Both the position numbers and the translations under genes were made by a program. A stretch of DNA of 63,752 nucleotides, counting the filler, from Catajapyx aquilonaris (lineage: Eukaryota): the NCBI GenBank assembly GCA_000934665.2. It is 3 parts of 3 records of this genome, joined end to end, with 100 filler letters (N's around TTAATTAATTAA, not from the genome) between each part and the next. Parts side by side here need not be neighbours in the genome. Positions count along the whole stretch, not along the records: positions 1 to 21,241 come from JYFJ02006118.1; positions 21,342 to 42,494 come from JYFJ02006121.1; 1 more part is not named here. One strand, given 5' to 3'. Below, piece after piece: positions 14,180-28,900 of the stretch. Position 1 is the stretch's first letter, and every line of letters begins with the position of its first letter. Below the pieces are notes generated by a model. The model was not told where the DNA came from and ran no database searches. It worked only from the letters and a program-made list of their open reading frames with translations.

Positions 14180-14623
14180 CAGGGTGCGGAAATTTGACCT
14201 ACCATCGCTTTGGGACATCATAGAGGGCTTTTAGGCGATCGCTTTTAGTATATGCAACTTGGCTGTCCGCCGCATAGTTACCGAGATAATTAGCATTAAA
14301 TTAAAAGTGCATTTTACTAGCTCATAGGTTTTGGACACTGCTTACGATACTTCCATCGCCCAGGCCATTCCATGCTACACCTAATATGATCGTAAATTAA
14401 AATTAAATTACATGGTAACACCTCAAATAAATGAAAAAGGTAAGGTCGCGTGGAGGGACGCATACCTGCCAGGATATTTTATACATTGTGTTTGAAGCAC
14501 ATTATCTCCGCAACTAATCTGCGGAGACCCACGATTTCTAGATTTAAAATGATCGCCTGAAAGCCCTCTATTTCCCCCCCCCCCCCAAGGCGACGCGACG
14601 GTAGGTCAAATTTCCGCACCCTG
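14180..14623. mobile_element. Tc1/mariner-type MITE (CAGGGTG ends)
   Basis: TIR cagggtgcggaaatttgacctacc / ggtaggtcaaatttccgcaccctg, extended by subterminal tagagggcttt.aggcgatc / gatcgcctgaaagccctcta. Left flank TA, right flank TG. Confidence 0.85.
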
Positions 14624-15052
14624 TGTAAGTATACATACCAAATGGAGATAAAGACTTCAACTTCAGAATAATGTGAGAATACCTATTCTGTGATCTTTCC
14701 GTCCTCTGTGCAGATGTTGCTGTTTATTCTTCAAATTTTCCAGACACTCTTCGAAAACTTAACTTGGCTGACACTTATCCTTACCATAGGCCTACCTCAC
14801 CGCTCAAGCCAAACCAACCAACCAACCAACCATCAGTCATATGAGGTTCTCTACCTTTCTCAAAAAGGAATATTACTGATTCCAGCAGGACAAACCATTC
14901 ATAACTTCCTCACTTTTGACTTGGGCAGTGAATATCTCTCTAATATTGCTCACTATCTGCACTGAAATATGTATTAAAGATGCTTGTAGCTGAATATGAA
15001 TCGAGGATAAAGACAGATATGATATGATATCAATAATAGTGTACTCATTCAA

Positions 15053-15396
15053 CTTGGGGAGGTGCGGTGGCCGAGATGGTAACGTGCCGGCTTGCTGAGT
15101 GAAAGGTCCCAGGTTCGATCCCCTCCTGGGAGTTCCCTTTCTCCTGCGTCAGGAGGGTCTCTGACCCGCGCCTTGGAGGTGTCTGGCAACCTAACCTCCT
15201 GGGGAATAGCACATGACCCCTTTGCAGACATGCACTTGCACCCATGTCCCTCCCCAAAAATCCCTATCCTTACACTATGTCCTTGATTCCTAGCACCGGA
15301 GTTGAAGAAAAATGCAGAAAATTGAGGGAAAATGGTGGTACCCCCCCCCCCTAAAAGGGCCCCTGGCCCTATCACGGGATAGCGTATTTTTTTAAA
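15053..15396 (+). mobile_element. SINE family A, full length
   Basis: Head ggggaggtgcggTGGCCGAGATGG...GGTTCGATCCC. 13-bp TSD tgtactcattcaa at 15040-15052 and 15397-15409. Confidence 0.9.
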
Positions 15397-17098
15397 TGTA
15401 CTCATTCAAATTTTCATTTCATATGACCAAAGTTTGTGATTAAAGGTTTCCCCCTTTTGCAAGGGAAATTGCGGGTCATGTCCAAATAATTAATCAGAAA
15501 AACAAATACATTATTCGCATGTTTCTAATCACCCCGCACACAATGTTTCTATTATATGTAGTAGCCTCAAGCAGGTCCACATCTACTTCAAACCATGGTT
15601 CAACTTTGAACCAAAAGTTATGATGTCAACATGAACCTGTCTACCTAACTGAAACATTTCTCCAAGACTATTCTTAATCTGCGTGTATTAAAATAGATGG
15701 GAGTTGAAACAAAATAAAACTCATGCATTGTTAAGGTTCTCTGCCATTTTATTTGCTTGTATTTGCTGTAAATTGTAATGCACACGATAATCGTGCTTAC
15801 CGAATTTTTTCTATTTTATATAAGAAAATACATTCAAAATTTTAGTGACTTAAAATAAGTTATTCCTTTATAATCTACAACCTGCATGTTCATGACTGTG
15901 AGGCGCAAGAATTACCACACCACTGATATATTGTTGACACTTCCATAAAGCACTATGCAGCACTAACAAAATATATGTGACACATGTTCCTCTCCTACTG
16001 CACTTCAACAGTAACTGACTCTCCAATAATGAACTTTACATGTTCCTTTCATTTCAACGAGCAAAGACCCGAAACGTAGTCCATTATAATGATTCCCAAG
16101 TCCTCGTCGAAATTCTTGTTGCCTCACCTTGTATAAAAGGTTTGCATTTACTGTACACATTACACCGAATCATTGCAGAATTATTTCATCTTTGTTTGGC
16201 ATGATTGTATAGGTATAAGTTACAGTTGAGTTGAGATACGCAGAAAGATCTTCTCTCCCATGAACGTGCAGAGAGGATGCATACAAATAACTTGGGAGCA
16301 GGGTTTCGTTACAAAATGCGACAGAAATGAAAGGCATAGTTTGCAGTTATACACACAAAAAAACACACCAGTTGTCTGGACGTGCAATTCCCCCTGGCAA
16401 ACAAGAGTCAACTTCAAACAGGGAAATAAAAGGGTGCCTAATGTGCCACTGTAATACCATTCGGACTACAAAGAGACTTTGGTGTACTATTTTTTTAAGT
16501 ATCTCCATTATGTATATATAGTAGACTGGAAAAGGCCGAGTAAATCGGACACTTCGCGCCAGAGTATTTCCCGTCTGCTGCCCTTGCACGAGACAACACC
16601 TGCATTTGTCGCGGCGAGGAATATTAGGAGCAGCCTTTTGGCTTTGTCCACCTGCTGGACGAATGCTGTCAGGACGAACCCAGCTCCCCCCCCCCCCCCC
16701 CCGGTATACAGTTATGGCTATGGTGCTAATTGTGTGTGCGCGTACAACCACACTGATGTGATTTCGCCTAGCCTATTTCATTGCTCACTTTTCAAGATGG
16801 CCTGGGCAGCCGCAGGTTATGCTTTTGGAATTTTTTAGAGGCTTGGATATAATTATATGTTGTGAAATTGTGCTAGCTCTATTTTGTGTTCTGGATGGAG
16901 GCGGGGTTGTTGCGATATGCATTTTTTTTAAATGTTCTATTTATCTATAAATGTATGGCGCTAAACTTATCAGGTTGGGTCAAATTTGATTTGTAATCAG
17001 TTTGTATAGGATTAACACGATGTGCTCAAGATTGGCACAATAATTGCTGACGAAATCAGTATGTTACACTATTTGCACGCTGTCGCTGTGTGTATAAA

Positions 17099-17231
17099 CA
17101 GTTCAAAAAGAACTGTCCCAGTCATCCTGACGTGTGGGCTGGCCGCTCGACACACACCATGTAAGTTACATGGTGTGTGTCGAGCGGGCAGCACACACAT
17201 CAGGATGACTGGGACAGTTCTTTTTGGACTG
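17099..17231. repeat. Near-perfect palindromic (hairpin) element
   Basis: aaaaagaactgtcccagtcatcctga...ccatgtaa-g-ttacatgg...tcaggatgactgggacagttcttttt. A related sequence (catcctgacgtgtgggc) occurs at about 63640-63717. Confidence 0.85.
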
Positions 17232-19021
17232 ATGATACGTATATAATTTTATTGGAAACATGTCGGCAAACTAATTTGGCAGGACGTTCTGACAAATATT
17301 TTGAACATATAAAAAATACACTGCATGGCCGAATATATTCAACAAAATGATGTCCGTGGTGAGGTGTGCTTTGGAACCAATAGTTTTGCTTGCTTGAACT
17401 AATGTTTCTCTATAGTGATTTCAGCAATTGCGTACTAATCCTAACGAGTAATTACAGGCCGATGAGGTCTCCCCACTTGATTTTCTATTGATGTACAGGG
17501 TGTATGATAAAATGCTGTAGAACACCAGGTAACTAAATACGTCACGCCTAGTAATTCGTTCCAAATTGACGTTATTTATTCCTTTAAAATTTTTTGATAT
17601 AAGTGAGTAGCACTGAACATTATGATCAGCATTATTTATAGGCCTACGTGTGGGACACACCGTAACATTGCTGTACCGGTATGTAAATAACTATGCCGAA
17701 TTATGGGCCAACAAGGCTTTTATCCGTCATTACTAGACATCAGATTTGATCAAATTACTGCTTACCAAAATATATTTCTATTTATAACTTACCTGTCCAA
17801 ATATAGTGTAGCGGCTCAACCGTAATTTTTACAATAAAATACCCCAAGCATTTTCAATTCAGAATGTATTTGTGCACCTGTGTCATCAATGCATGTATCG
17901 TATTTTCCAAAAAAAAATATCCTGTATTATTAAATGCACATAATATTACTACCGTAGACACAGGTACTGATAAATCAACTGACTACGGAAAAATAGGAAG
18001 TATAAGCCTATACTTGTCATTAGATGACGATGGACCAAGAATATTCCAGCTAAGTCAGAGAGAGTGTAAAAGTTGTTCTCATGCCTCATGGGAGTGATGG
18101 CTTCGAACAGTCATGTCACCTGTTGTGGCCCGAATAAGGGTGTTCAGCAGCCAGTATTTCGCGAAATTAAGTAATGTATTAAATCCGACAGACAGTTGCT
18201 GGACCTGATACGTTAAAGTTCTTTGAAGTTACAAAAAGTGAGGATCGTGCCCATTTTTTAAAATTTGTGATGAAAAAGTAGCCAAATATAATTGCTGGGA
18301 AGGAAGAACAAATATGGTTACCAATCCAAGGGCACAACAGAACATGACAAAAACACTGACTACAACTCCAAAGAAATTTCTTTCCGAGTAGGCATGGTTG
18401 ATGGATTCAGAGAATTGCATAACTTATTGTTAATACACAGTTGAATCCGGTTGTAATAGACTCAAAAGGCCTTCCCCAGGATTGCATAAGGCACTGATGT
18501 GTATTTTTACTCCTGGCATAACAGACTCATTTTCATCTCACGTCGGCTTTAACAGACCATTTCTTGGCCCCTCGGTAGAAAAATAGGCTACTTTTTTGAT
18601 TTTTTTCGTCCTGTATCATTTTTGGGTGAGCAAATTTTGAATTTTTGTGCATTATAGGCGTATTGAATTAAAGCAGAAAACTTCGAATATTAGCGTAATT
18701 GCCGAACCCTATTCCGAGAAAATGCCACTTTTGTAGATTCGATTTGTATGGCTGTAAATGGGATTTCCAGATTTCGTCCTCTTGTTATGGCTATAAAAGA
18801 AACTCATTTAGATCTGGCTCTTTGGCTCATTAGATGCGACTTTACTTGAAGATTTTAATGGTGGTGTTAACAAAAAATAATAATAATAGACGCGAGTGGG
18901 GGACTAGGAGCAGAGGTTGGGAGGGGGGCATGTGCAAGGCCGAGAAGCATGAGGTGATGAGGTGGGGAGGGGAGGGGCTTGCGCGTAGAAATTGCGCAGA
19001 AGTTTTTATTTAATTTTGGGC

Positions 19022-19182
19022 ATTTAGACTCAAACAATTGCAGTTTTCGGACTTTTTGCTCAATCACATGCAGGTTTAGCATCATGGTGAAAATTTTCAG
19101 AACTCTCGGAGGTGTGGAAGTGTGTTAGGTAGCCAGGACATACATACATATACAGAGTCACTCTGTGCTTTATTATAAGAGA
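19022..19182 (-). mobile_element. Diverged partial copy of the non-autonomous Helitron at 40580-40813
   Basis: Shares atttagactcaaa...gcagttttcggactttt...gtgtgttaggtagcc...ac(at)ac...ctttattat with 40662-40813. Confidence 0.65.
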
Positions 19183-20166
19183 ATGATATGTTTCCAATCA
19201 TAGAACATTGTGCCTTGATGACGCACGTGAATGCTGACAATACAGTACTATTCCACCTTCTTCCGGAGGCCTGAGGATATGGGACAAAATCGATATTTCT
19301 TTTAATACATATACACAGTATTTCCTAATATGGTGAGTGTCATTGTGTAGTCTTCAATATAGTATTTGCTGCTCCAATAGGTATCTAAAAAGGATCCCTG
19401 CCATGATTGATGTTTTTTTCTCTCTGTCTCGATAGTGAAAGTTGTTCCTAATAATGTTACTTGAAAAGCGAAACTCAAGTTTTTTAGTATCTCTTCTCTG
19501 AGTTGTGGAAATGTGAGCTTGCAACTCGTGAACTTGCAATTGCTTTCGCTTGACATGGGCACATAAAGTGCTGGAAATCTCTTTCAGAATTTTTGCTACA
19601 ATTTTTATGGAAATGATAAATGATGGAAAATTTTAGAATGCAAGAGTCTAACAAATGTTTAATAAAATCAGCGTTTATTTCACAATGTGGCAATGCTTCA
19701 AATAGGGCATATTAGTGGCTCCGAAGGACAGGATGACCCATGTTTAGTGAATAATATGAGGCTTCAAAAATTACACGTCCTCTACTGTTCTGTAATAATT
19801 ATAATATGAAAGATTACAGTAATATTTGTGTCCATTTCAAGCTCGAAAAATAGCAAATCCATGAGTTTCGAGTTCATTAAAAATAAGTTGAATAACACAT
19901 AATATCATGGCACAGAAAACCACACGTGTGCCCTATGACATACATAATAATGTGTCATCTATCCACACTTGTGTCACCTGACACTTTTGACGTGTATTTA
20001 CATAACAAAATTAGGATATGCAGTGTGACATCACATAGCTCACAGTTCTGTGTCATTTGACACAAAAAGCGTTGACGGGATTGCCTAACAAGTTTTTGTT
20101 TGTCTCATGACATACCGGTATATTGGAGAATATTGTTTCATCCTAAATACCATGCATAGAGACGTA

Positions 20167-20286
20167 CTATCGGGTTCAAATACTTTTGGCCACTTTATCC
20201 TGGTCTTGAAGCAACCCTTCACACAGACCCCACGTTAAGGAGGTGTGTGTGTGGTTAAAATGGCCAAAAGTATTTGAACCTGATAG
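20167..20286. mobile_element. 120-bp Tc1-like MITE
   Basis: TIR ctatcgggttcaaatacttttggcca / tggccaaaagtatttgaacctgatag, with TA on both sides. Confidence 0.85.
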
Positions 20287-21241
20287 TACACCAATATACT
20301 TAAATTAGAGGTGTCCAGTTACTTTTAAAACAAGCAATATAGCGTAATATTATTGATTGTATTGCTGTCGCAATATTTCCGTGAAGTATAGCCGTACGGT
20401 ATAGGCTATATGACATTCTTCGAAAGAAACGTATACAATACAAGGTGTTATGGCCGCAGCCACATTCCCCGCCAGACCTGATCCGGGTCCCCAGCTCCTC
20501 GACTCTTATTTCCACTTCACCAAAGTGTTTTGTGATGATTTCCCACTTCCGACAAACTTTAGGGTTTCCGACCAGATTATCACTTACGAGATGTCATTTG
20601 GCTTCCGCAACCTCGTTACTTTGAGAATAGGTGCGCAGGTTATAAAAATATACCGGTATTCTACTTGTAGTTTAGTTTGCGTCCCTTTGCGCTGACTTTT
20701 TACGTTTAAATATAACAAGAGTTGCTGTGGTAACTTATATAGATTTGTAGACTACCATTACAAAGCATGATGTAACTATGTAAGCCCAATAGAATTCACA
20801 CAAATAAGTTATGCACCGGGCGTAACCTTTTAATAAACGTACAGTAGGTCTATTAGCATACAACTGTGCACTGACAGTGAGGTCATTACGTGATTTTTTT
20901 CTAATTAAGCCAGCAGAGATAATCAAAACGACTATATACTTTCTGAATTTTTTGATATTGTCAGAAGGAGAGCACTTCACTACCTTGGAATAAACTGATG
21001 ACTGCCTCTATATGGGGTCAGTCAGAACCTACAAGACGCCTATGGGTAAATAGTGAAAAAAAAACCCTGCAATTTCATGTCCCAGCTAATTTCTGGACTT
21101 AAGGTGGAAATGAAGCTAGAGTCACTCAATGAGAATTTTATGAAAAAAAAACATATGTTACGCAGTTTTGTGTCCTCTTATCAATGGTGCAAAGAAAAAT
21201 ACACGTCACCGTGCAAATTAGCGAACTAGAGGGCTCAGAAG

Positions 21242-21341
21242 NNNNNNNNNNNNNNNNNNNNNNNNNNNNNNNNNNNNNNNNNNNNTTAATTAATTAANNN
21301 NNNNNNNNNNNNNNNNNNNNNNNNNNNNNNNNNNNNNNNNN
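21242..21341. other. Artificial contig-joining spacer (N44-TTAATTAATTAA-N44)
   Basis: Exactly 100 bp: 44 N, TTAATTAATTAA (stop codons in all six frames), 44 N. Identical to the spacer at 42495-42594. Confidence 0.97.
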
Positions 21342-22940
21342 GTTGCTCTAATGAGTGTCACTACCTTCAGGTGGAAGGACATCATTATCAGCCCACGCCA
21401 TCTACCTTAGGCTCAGAACTTATTGGACGACCCTCGTACACTTGCGCCAGGCCATTTGCTGGTAAAAATAAAAGCATTTTCGCTTGTTACCGTGTCACGC
21501 TCGCAAGAATGGCAGGAAGTTTTCAGCACTCTCTTCTAATTCTGGCATATTCCGACGCTATTAATATTTCAATATAAAAAATTGTCTCGTTTTCCCAGTC
21601 TGCTATTTTTTTCCTGCTACTTACTGTGCTTCCACTTGTGTGTGCAAGTGCTTGGTAATTTCCCATGAGCGCAGTGCTGCCGCCTTTTTAACGCAATTAC
21701 ACATTGCGTTCAGTAGGAAAAATTTTTGCGATCGTGTGTGGACCGAATTATTATGAGTACCGTGCATAATTGAAGCACGCACATTGCCTGCTTATAATGG
21801 GAATATACATGCGCCCATGTAATTGGGCTATAATTTGGCGGATATTGCTACAGTGTGTTGCAATTGAATTTATTGTCATACAGCCGTACCCAAAGTGCAT
21901 AATAACTATATATTCATAAGCTCTTTGGCCGGACCTATAACTCATAGAGAATGACATATTTTTATGAGAAAATATTTCTGATTAGTGATCGGCATCTTGT
22001 TGAAAAATATCTACTTAACCGGATATTAGAAGCTAATATGTTTGATAGCCTTTGTTAGAAGTAACCGTTTTTAAATAATAAGCACTTCAGGGGAGAAAAT
22101 TGCTGGCTACAACGTACAATCACCTGGAACGCGCTTAATAAGTGGTTTCCAATTTTAACTAGCCTGCTGGGAGTCGGTTCAGCGAATTAATTAACCCTAA
22201 TCTAATTAGCTATAAGTCGAATTCCCTGGGCCGTCGGATGTGGTCAGCTTTAATACATGACGCAACACCTCTAGTGTATCCGCTCCTGTTTGATATTACA
22301 GCTCCCAATATAAACCAGGACTAGGCAGCCTGATAAATAGACTTGCTGCTATCGCATTTTTTTTTGTATTTCAAGTGTGGGAAGGTTAGAGGAAAGCAGT
22401 GTTGCAAATTAATTAAATCTCCCAGCAGGTGAATGCTTCACACCTGTTAGCCTCGTAACCTCCGAGCACTTATCAACACACAGGTCATTACCTCCCAAGC
22501 CCCCATTGTTGCAGCCGATAAGAAAAGAGGTCTATTTATTTTACTCGAATTTTTTTGTCTGTGTGGAACCAACTTGGCACTGTGGAGGTTGGAAGGGGGA
22601 TGAAATTAGCGATAAGTGTCGAGAGGGGTGTCCTCCGGGCATTTTGCTAATTGAATTATAGCACTTCTACCGGTACAGTTAGTTGGCCAACTTTTTTTTC
22701 CGAGCCGTGTCCTCCGTGACTTCCTGCAACGCATCAAAGAGTCTGCACCACTGTTATTTTTCTGCGACAACCAGTGTTGCCATGCTGTGCATGTGCAGAT
22801 TGGCCCAGTGCTTCAGGCTACCACCTGAAGTTAACGACTACGATGGGTACATTACAATATTCAGGATGATCCCAAATAATTTTTTATGGATCACCCTGAA
22901 ATATGTCAATGCTAATTAAATTTTTTGAATTAATTTTTAG

Positions 22941-25900
22941 GTTGTTGCATTGGATACAGAGCAAGATACCAGATCTACCCATCACCAATTTCACGTCGGA
23001 TTGGAACGATGGAAGAGCTGTCGGTGCCTTGGTTGATGCTGTGGCTCCAGGTATGATTTGCAATTTCAATATTGAAACCTTCTTAGTACAAACATTATGT
23101 AACATAACATTACGAGCACATATCTTACAAAGGATACGTGCGGTGTATGGCGTAGAGCCAGAGCTTCCTTTTTCTTCGTGGTATCACAACCACTTCCGTG
23201 TCACTATACAGATTTGCTTCCTTCAAGATCAACGCGAAAATAACCGCCCAACAATTCTGCCAATTTCCCAAAATCGAACCGGTTTTGGGGGGAGAAAGGC
23301 TTGGAAATAACAGCCGCACCAGTTGGGGAAAATTTTCGATATGAATCGCCCGACTGAGAGAGAGATAGACGAGATTAGTTCTCTGGGCGTGGGAATGCTG
23401 CAGGTCGATCCGTGTGTAAGCTCCGCAGGGATGGAGGGTTATGCCTGGTTTCATCTTATTAACATCCAAGTCTCCCTCTGGCTGCATGTAGGCCGGATAC
23501 GGAATAAATGCCAAGCAAGGTGGAGGCTGGAAATGGATGCATTAGCACCTCTAGGAATAGCTATGCACAAAATGATGGCTTGATTTTGTATCACACCGTG
23601 TGAATCGACCCGGAAAATATTTAAAAAAAGGTGGACATATTGAGGTGTTGTATAGCTCAGCATACATCAAACGGGGCCTGATTGAGGCTGAGTGCTGTGC
23701 AAACATTATGCCAGAAAGTGACATCCGCTCGGTTTTTTTTCCAGATAATTTTTGACAACTATAGCAACATACTCCCCCTAATAAATAGAGTTCTTCATCA
23801 TTTGGTCCAAGTAACGTGCACTTGTGCAAATGTTGAGTCGAGTCGTCGCATTCCTTTCCACACGGCTCTCCCACCAAATTGCTCCACTCCAGGCCTTTGA
23901 TTTTCCGATTCAAAGCTGCTCTTAAAACCTCCCCTTGGTACAGTTCCTAGGGGGGGGGGGAGATACCTTNGGGGGGGAAAGTCAATAACTCCTTTTCCCC
24001 ATTTACATCCCATGGTGACAGGTAAGAAACATGGCCCTTCCTTAATTGGTGGGGCATTAATGAGCATATTTTGTCTAATGCTTATGGTTATTTAACGCAA
24101 TTAGCATAAACTGGAGCATGAATATTGGCAAGTGTTATCAGTGATTTACTGGCGGGTTATCTATATCGACAGGCATAATTCTTTCGGTCCAAATGTGCGA
24201 AAATGTTGAAATTGAAATCCGGGAATATAAATCCTGGGTGGTCGGGTTATGAGGAAGAAAATCTGCTTGGTTTGCTGGGGGGTGGGGAGGAGATAATTTT
24301 ATTTGGAAGGTTCCGGAATTTCATTTATGGTGCCACAAAAAAAGTAATTTACATTATGTTTGTTATTTACAGGTTTGTGTCCGGATTGGCCTGATTGGAA
24401 CCCGAACGAGTCGTTGAAAAATGCATCAGAAGCGATGGGATTGGCTGACGATTGGCTCAATGTCCGGCAGGTATGTAAAAAAAAATTGCGTAAGATTTGC
24501 AATGTTGAGATTTAACGATCCGTGAAGTATTTGCACCCGAAAAGAAACAGTCCCTTTTCTCCCAGAGAGATGAAAGCCTTGAATAGGGGGGGATGAAAAG
24601 ACACTTTGATCATCGACTGTGAAGAGAACACAAGAGGCGCTTGATTAATCGCTGAATTGGGGGTAAAAGAGATTAATTCGCTAACCTACCTCTCAATTCA
24701 AACCAGGTAGACACATCGACAGCGAATCTCTAAAAAAATTAGAATAAATAGAATTGAGACTGTGCCTCTGCTTGTCCATGTAGTACCACGACCCTGAGAG
24801 TGGCAGTAGTGTGCAGAGAGGGATATGGACAGTGTTGCCAAATTTTGAGTTCACTCTCGCAGTGGTTATAGATTCAACTCCTAATTTTTGTTTTGATCCT
24901 GCCAGCTGATCAAGCCAGAAGAAATCATAAACCCCAACGTGGACGAGCAGTCCATGATGACGTACCTGTCGCAGTACCCCAATGCCAAGTTGAAGTCAGG
25001 TGCTCCACTGCGACCCAGAACTAATCCTAACAGGTAAAACCAACCTCAATCGTCCTGAATTAGATAGTGTATATCCATCATCTTACAGTAGTTCATTTTG
25101 ATCAACTGATAGGGTTGTTCTGAATTGAAAATTGACCTTTTCTTCCTGTTTTTTTGCCACCTGTTCTGGCCGCAGTGTGCCTCCACCGCGGTAAGTCAGT
25201 GTACAGTAGGAAAAGAGTACCGTGTACCGCATGTGCTGTAAGCGCAAGAAAATCGTAATCGCTGAGTACGATTTGTTTTGTGCTCAACCAAAAAGTGCTA
25301 TCTCTGGGCAATTCAGCCGAAGAAGTCCATTTTCAGCAAAAAAAATCGGGTCTATTGTAATTAAAGTTGGCAAAATGGCTTCAGATTTAGGTGAAATTGC
25401 CCTGAATTTTGTTACAAATTAAAGCTGATTAACACAGGCAGTTACATTTTTGCAGGCATAAGCAGTAGTGCGAGCTGGTTTATTTTTCCAAGTAGCCATT
25501 AGGTTAGATAGTTTTACCCTATGAGCAGGGATAAAGACTTATTGGGGTGCATAATTGGATCTCCACACTGCAGCTAAAATAAATTTGCTTTCGAGCAATT
25601 AATAATGCAACCTGCTAAATGAAATGAAAGTTAATAAATTTCAGGAAGATTATTCCATAAATAAACCAGGCGGAATAATGACCCCTTGTCAAGCCCATTT
25701 TTTTTCCCAGCATTATTGATCATGTGTTGCATTGTGGAGGTGAAATAATGCACCGGACAGAGATGGCTTTATAAAAAGAGAGTTTTTCATAACATTTAAT
25801 AATTGCTCACATAACCAGCTTTGGTTTGCCTAAGGCTTTTTTCATTGTTATACCGGAGTACAACTTCCAACTCGGGCCCTTTTGTTCAGTCTATATTCAG

Positions 25901-28900
25901 GCAGACTCTGGCGACATTTTGCATGATAATGTCAGACAGCTTTGTCGGAATAGAAAATGCTTAACAATAAAGCACAGTTAGGTCTATCAAGGAGAGGAAA
26001 ACGTTCCGTGAGAGGTTGGAAGAAGATGAAGAAGAAGGGGGGGGAAAAAAATTGGCAATCGGAAATGAAGAGTGGCAGGTTTCATTTGGGCCCGGTGCGC
26101 TACGACGCACCTTTCGGATAGAGGAAAAAAAATAATCAGTGTCATCCACAACAGTGATAGAAATTTCGAACATCCCCTGCAGGAAGGTACGAAATAACTT
26201 GGCCGAAAAAAAAAGTTAAGTGAAAAAATGGCGGGGCTTGTACCCTACGGCATATTGGCAATCTATGAGAAGCCGAATAGTGGCAGCAGGCAGCCTTTTG
26301 ATGTTGTAGCTTAGTTTTAGGTCCAACTATAGATGCCAAATTGGTGAGTACCAGCTAGTAAATTCAACAATTAAATTTTTTTTAAAATTCAAATTTAAAA
26401 TTGAAGAACGTACCAGGCGCCATGACACTTTTGGCTGCAAAATTCGATGATATGAATTATCTGAAGGTGACATCTAACAGCAGATTATTTGTTAGGTATT
26501 TTCTAATGTACTGTATGCGCATAGGAATATTCGGGCTTACAAACATCGGGAGGAAGTGTCAGTACAAGTTACGAGGTATTAAAACTGTACGGTATCTTTT
26601 TAGGACGGTCCGCTGCAGTGCAGAGTGTCACGCAAAACTGGGATTATGTGCGAATCTGGTCTTATCCTGCATACCGTTCCGACTATAAACTCACGTTATG
26701 GCGAATTTCAACCCTCCGGTTCTCTATATAGGACATGGCACATTCAAGCCTCGTACCCTCCCCGTACTAATGACAGACGTTGGTTGACGGATAGGTGATA
26801 ACAATCTTGATAACCACACGTCGCTCAAAATTGATTTCCGAGATTCGCTCATTTTGTGGGCTTCTCCCTCCTCCCAATCTATAGGGTACGAGCCTACGGA
26901 CCTGGAATCGAACCGAGTGGTCCTGTGGTTGGCGCCCCGGCCAATTTCACCGTCGAGACCTTCTCTGCTGGAAAGGGCAACGTCGAGGTCTTCGTCGAGA
27001 ACCCCAAGGGACAAGTGGAGCCCGTAAGTAACCTCCATCCATAATAGATTTCCCCCTCTGCTCACTTTTACTCCCCGTATTTTTGCCGCATACTCGAGTC
27101 CCTGGTTCCGCCGAATTGGCCCTGTCACTGCTGGTAAATGACATGCTATTTACACCAGGAATAAAGGCTTGGTGAAGTGCAGGAGGTTTGAACATGGCGC
27201 CACTTTTCGGTTGGTTATGCCAGGAATTGTGGTCGCCAAAGGGCAGCACTTGAGCCATTAATTTTTTAAAATCCGCAATTGTTGAGCACTCAAACGGAAA
27301 ATTCATGTACACACAGAATAGAGTACTCTTACATAAATAATTAGTAATTGGCTAAGCGTTAATTAAATTATCTGCATCACGTGCTGCCATCTGCTGGACA
27401 CAGTGCCGCCGGGAATAATTAACCGATAAATGGAGCGAAATTCAAACCCCTCTGGCACCTTGTGTAAAGCACTATACGGGGCGAAAAATGCAACCTAACG
27501 AGATGGGATCTGGGTTGCGTGTAAATGAGCCTTTGCATACTATGTCGGCGCACTTTTTTTTGGCAGGTAAATCTTTTAAAACGCGGGTGCGATTGATGTC
27601 GCCGGCTAATCTCGTAATCGATGACCTCGTTGCGCAACTTTGCGTATCAGGTGAATTATAAGCAGGTGCAGGTGACGAAATGGCATGCAATTGATAGTGC
27701 TGAAAACTGAAGTATTAATTTTAATGGCCGGCGACTATTTCAAGCCATGGCCACCAATGGCTAGGATTTATTCGAGGTTTTCTCGCCCAAATTTTCGTCA
27801 TTTCCAGCAATATTCAGTAAAAAATTTTGAATGGTTTTATTACCCTAAATACTGCCTGAATTCATCGTTTAATTCTGCAATTATCTTAAAATCAAGCAGG
27901 CAGATGCCCTCAGTTTGGAGAAAACGTATCTGCACTGCAGAGACAAGGGTTTCGTATTATACTGCCCTGTAATTGCTCCGGGTTCGAGCAGTACTCGGAA
28001 CTATTTATCATGCAATGGGAACCGGGCTCCCGGAAGGAGGAACGATATTGCCTCCACTTTTCAGGGGTGGGAAGAAGTAAATTAGAAGCAGCAAATGGGC
28101 GTCCCTTGACCTGATCTTGCATCCAACCTCGCAGAAAATTTGCAATCTAGAGAAGGGGTTGACGATCTTGAGGATTGTGTCTCTCTCTCTGTCTTTCTTT
28201 CTTTTTTTTTAACTGGGAGATAGTCAGACTTTAACCCGTACGGTGGCTCCAACTGGGACGTGGAGAGGACGTGATCGATACCAAGTGGGGGTTGTGTTAG
28301 AGGGGGGTAGCCAGCATCCAACAGAGATCCGAGAGACCCCCACAGGCAACAAAGGGCGTTTCCACATGGCATCATCCCTCAGTCCCCTTGCTCACTTCGG
28401 GATGCTCGGTCGGTTCGTACTATAAAGGGAGAGACTGTTGGATGGGTAAGTTTGTGTACGCCCCTCGTATGTTACGTTGCGGTACCGGTCGGTTGAATGG
28501 ACCAAATATTTTTGAGGATAACTTTATTGTCGGATGGTATAGGGGGGGTGAGAGAGAATCAATGAACGAGTCCTCACGTTTCTGGGGATGAAACATTCAA
28601 TTGTCTGCGCCGAATTTAACGCGTGGTTGTGCCGGTGAATTGTCAAAGTCCCACGGTGTGGTTGAAACATGGGATAAACGAAAAATATCCGGTTACATAA
28701 CTAAAATCCCTGTGACAATTTACCATGAGCGTGATAAGCACTTTTCCGGCGGCCTGGTTTATTTAGGGTGGAGACCAGCATTTTTTTTTCATCCGTTTTT
28801 TGATCCCATGCTCATCTCTTCTTTTCTCGTCATACATACACATTTTTTTAAAAAAAGGTGGAGCTGCACTTCAACAACGACCGCAACCTGACCTACAGTG

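Noticed and set aside
18229..18420. 63-aa minus-strand ORF with a hydrophobic segment
   Set aside because: No recognisable homology and no convincing splice partners; compatible with chance in AT-rich DNA.
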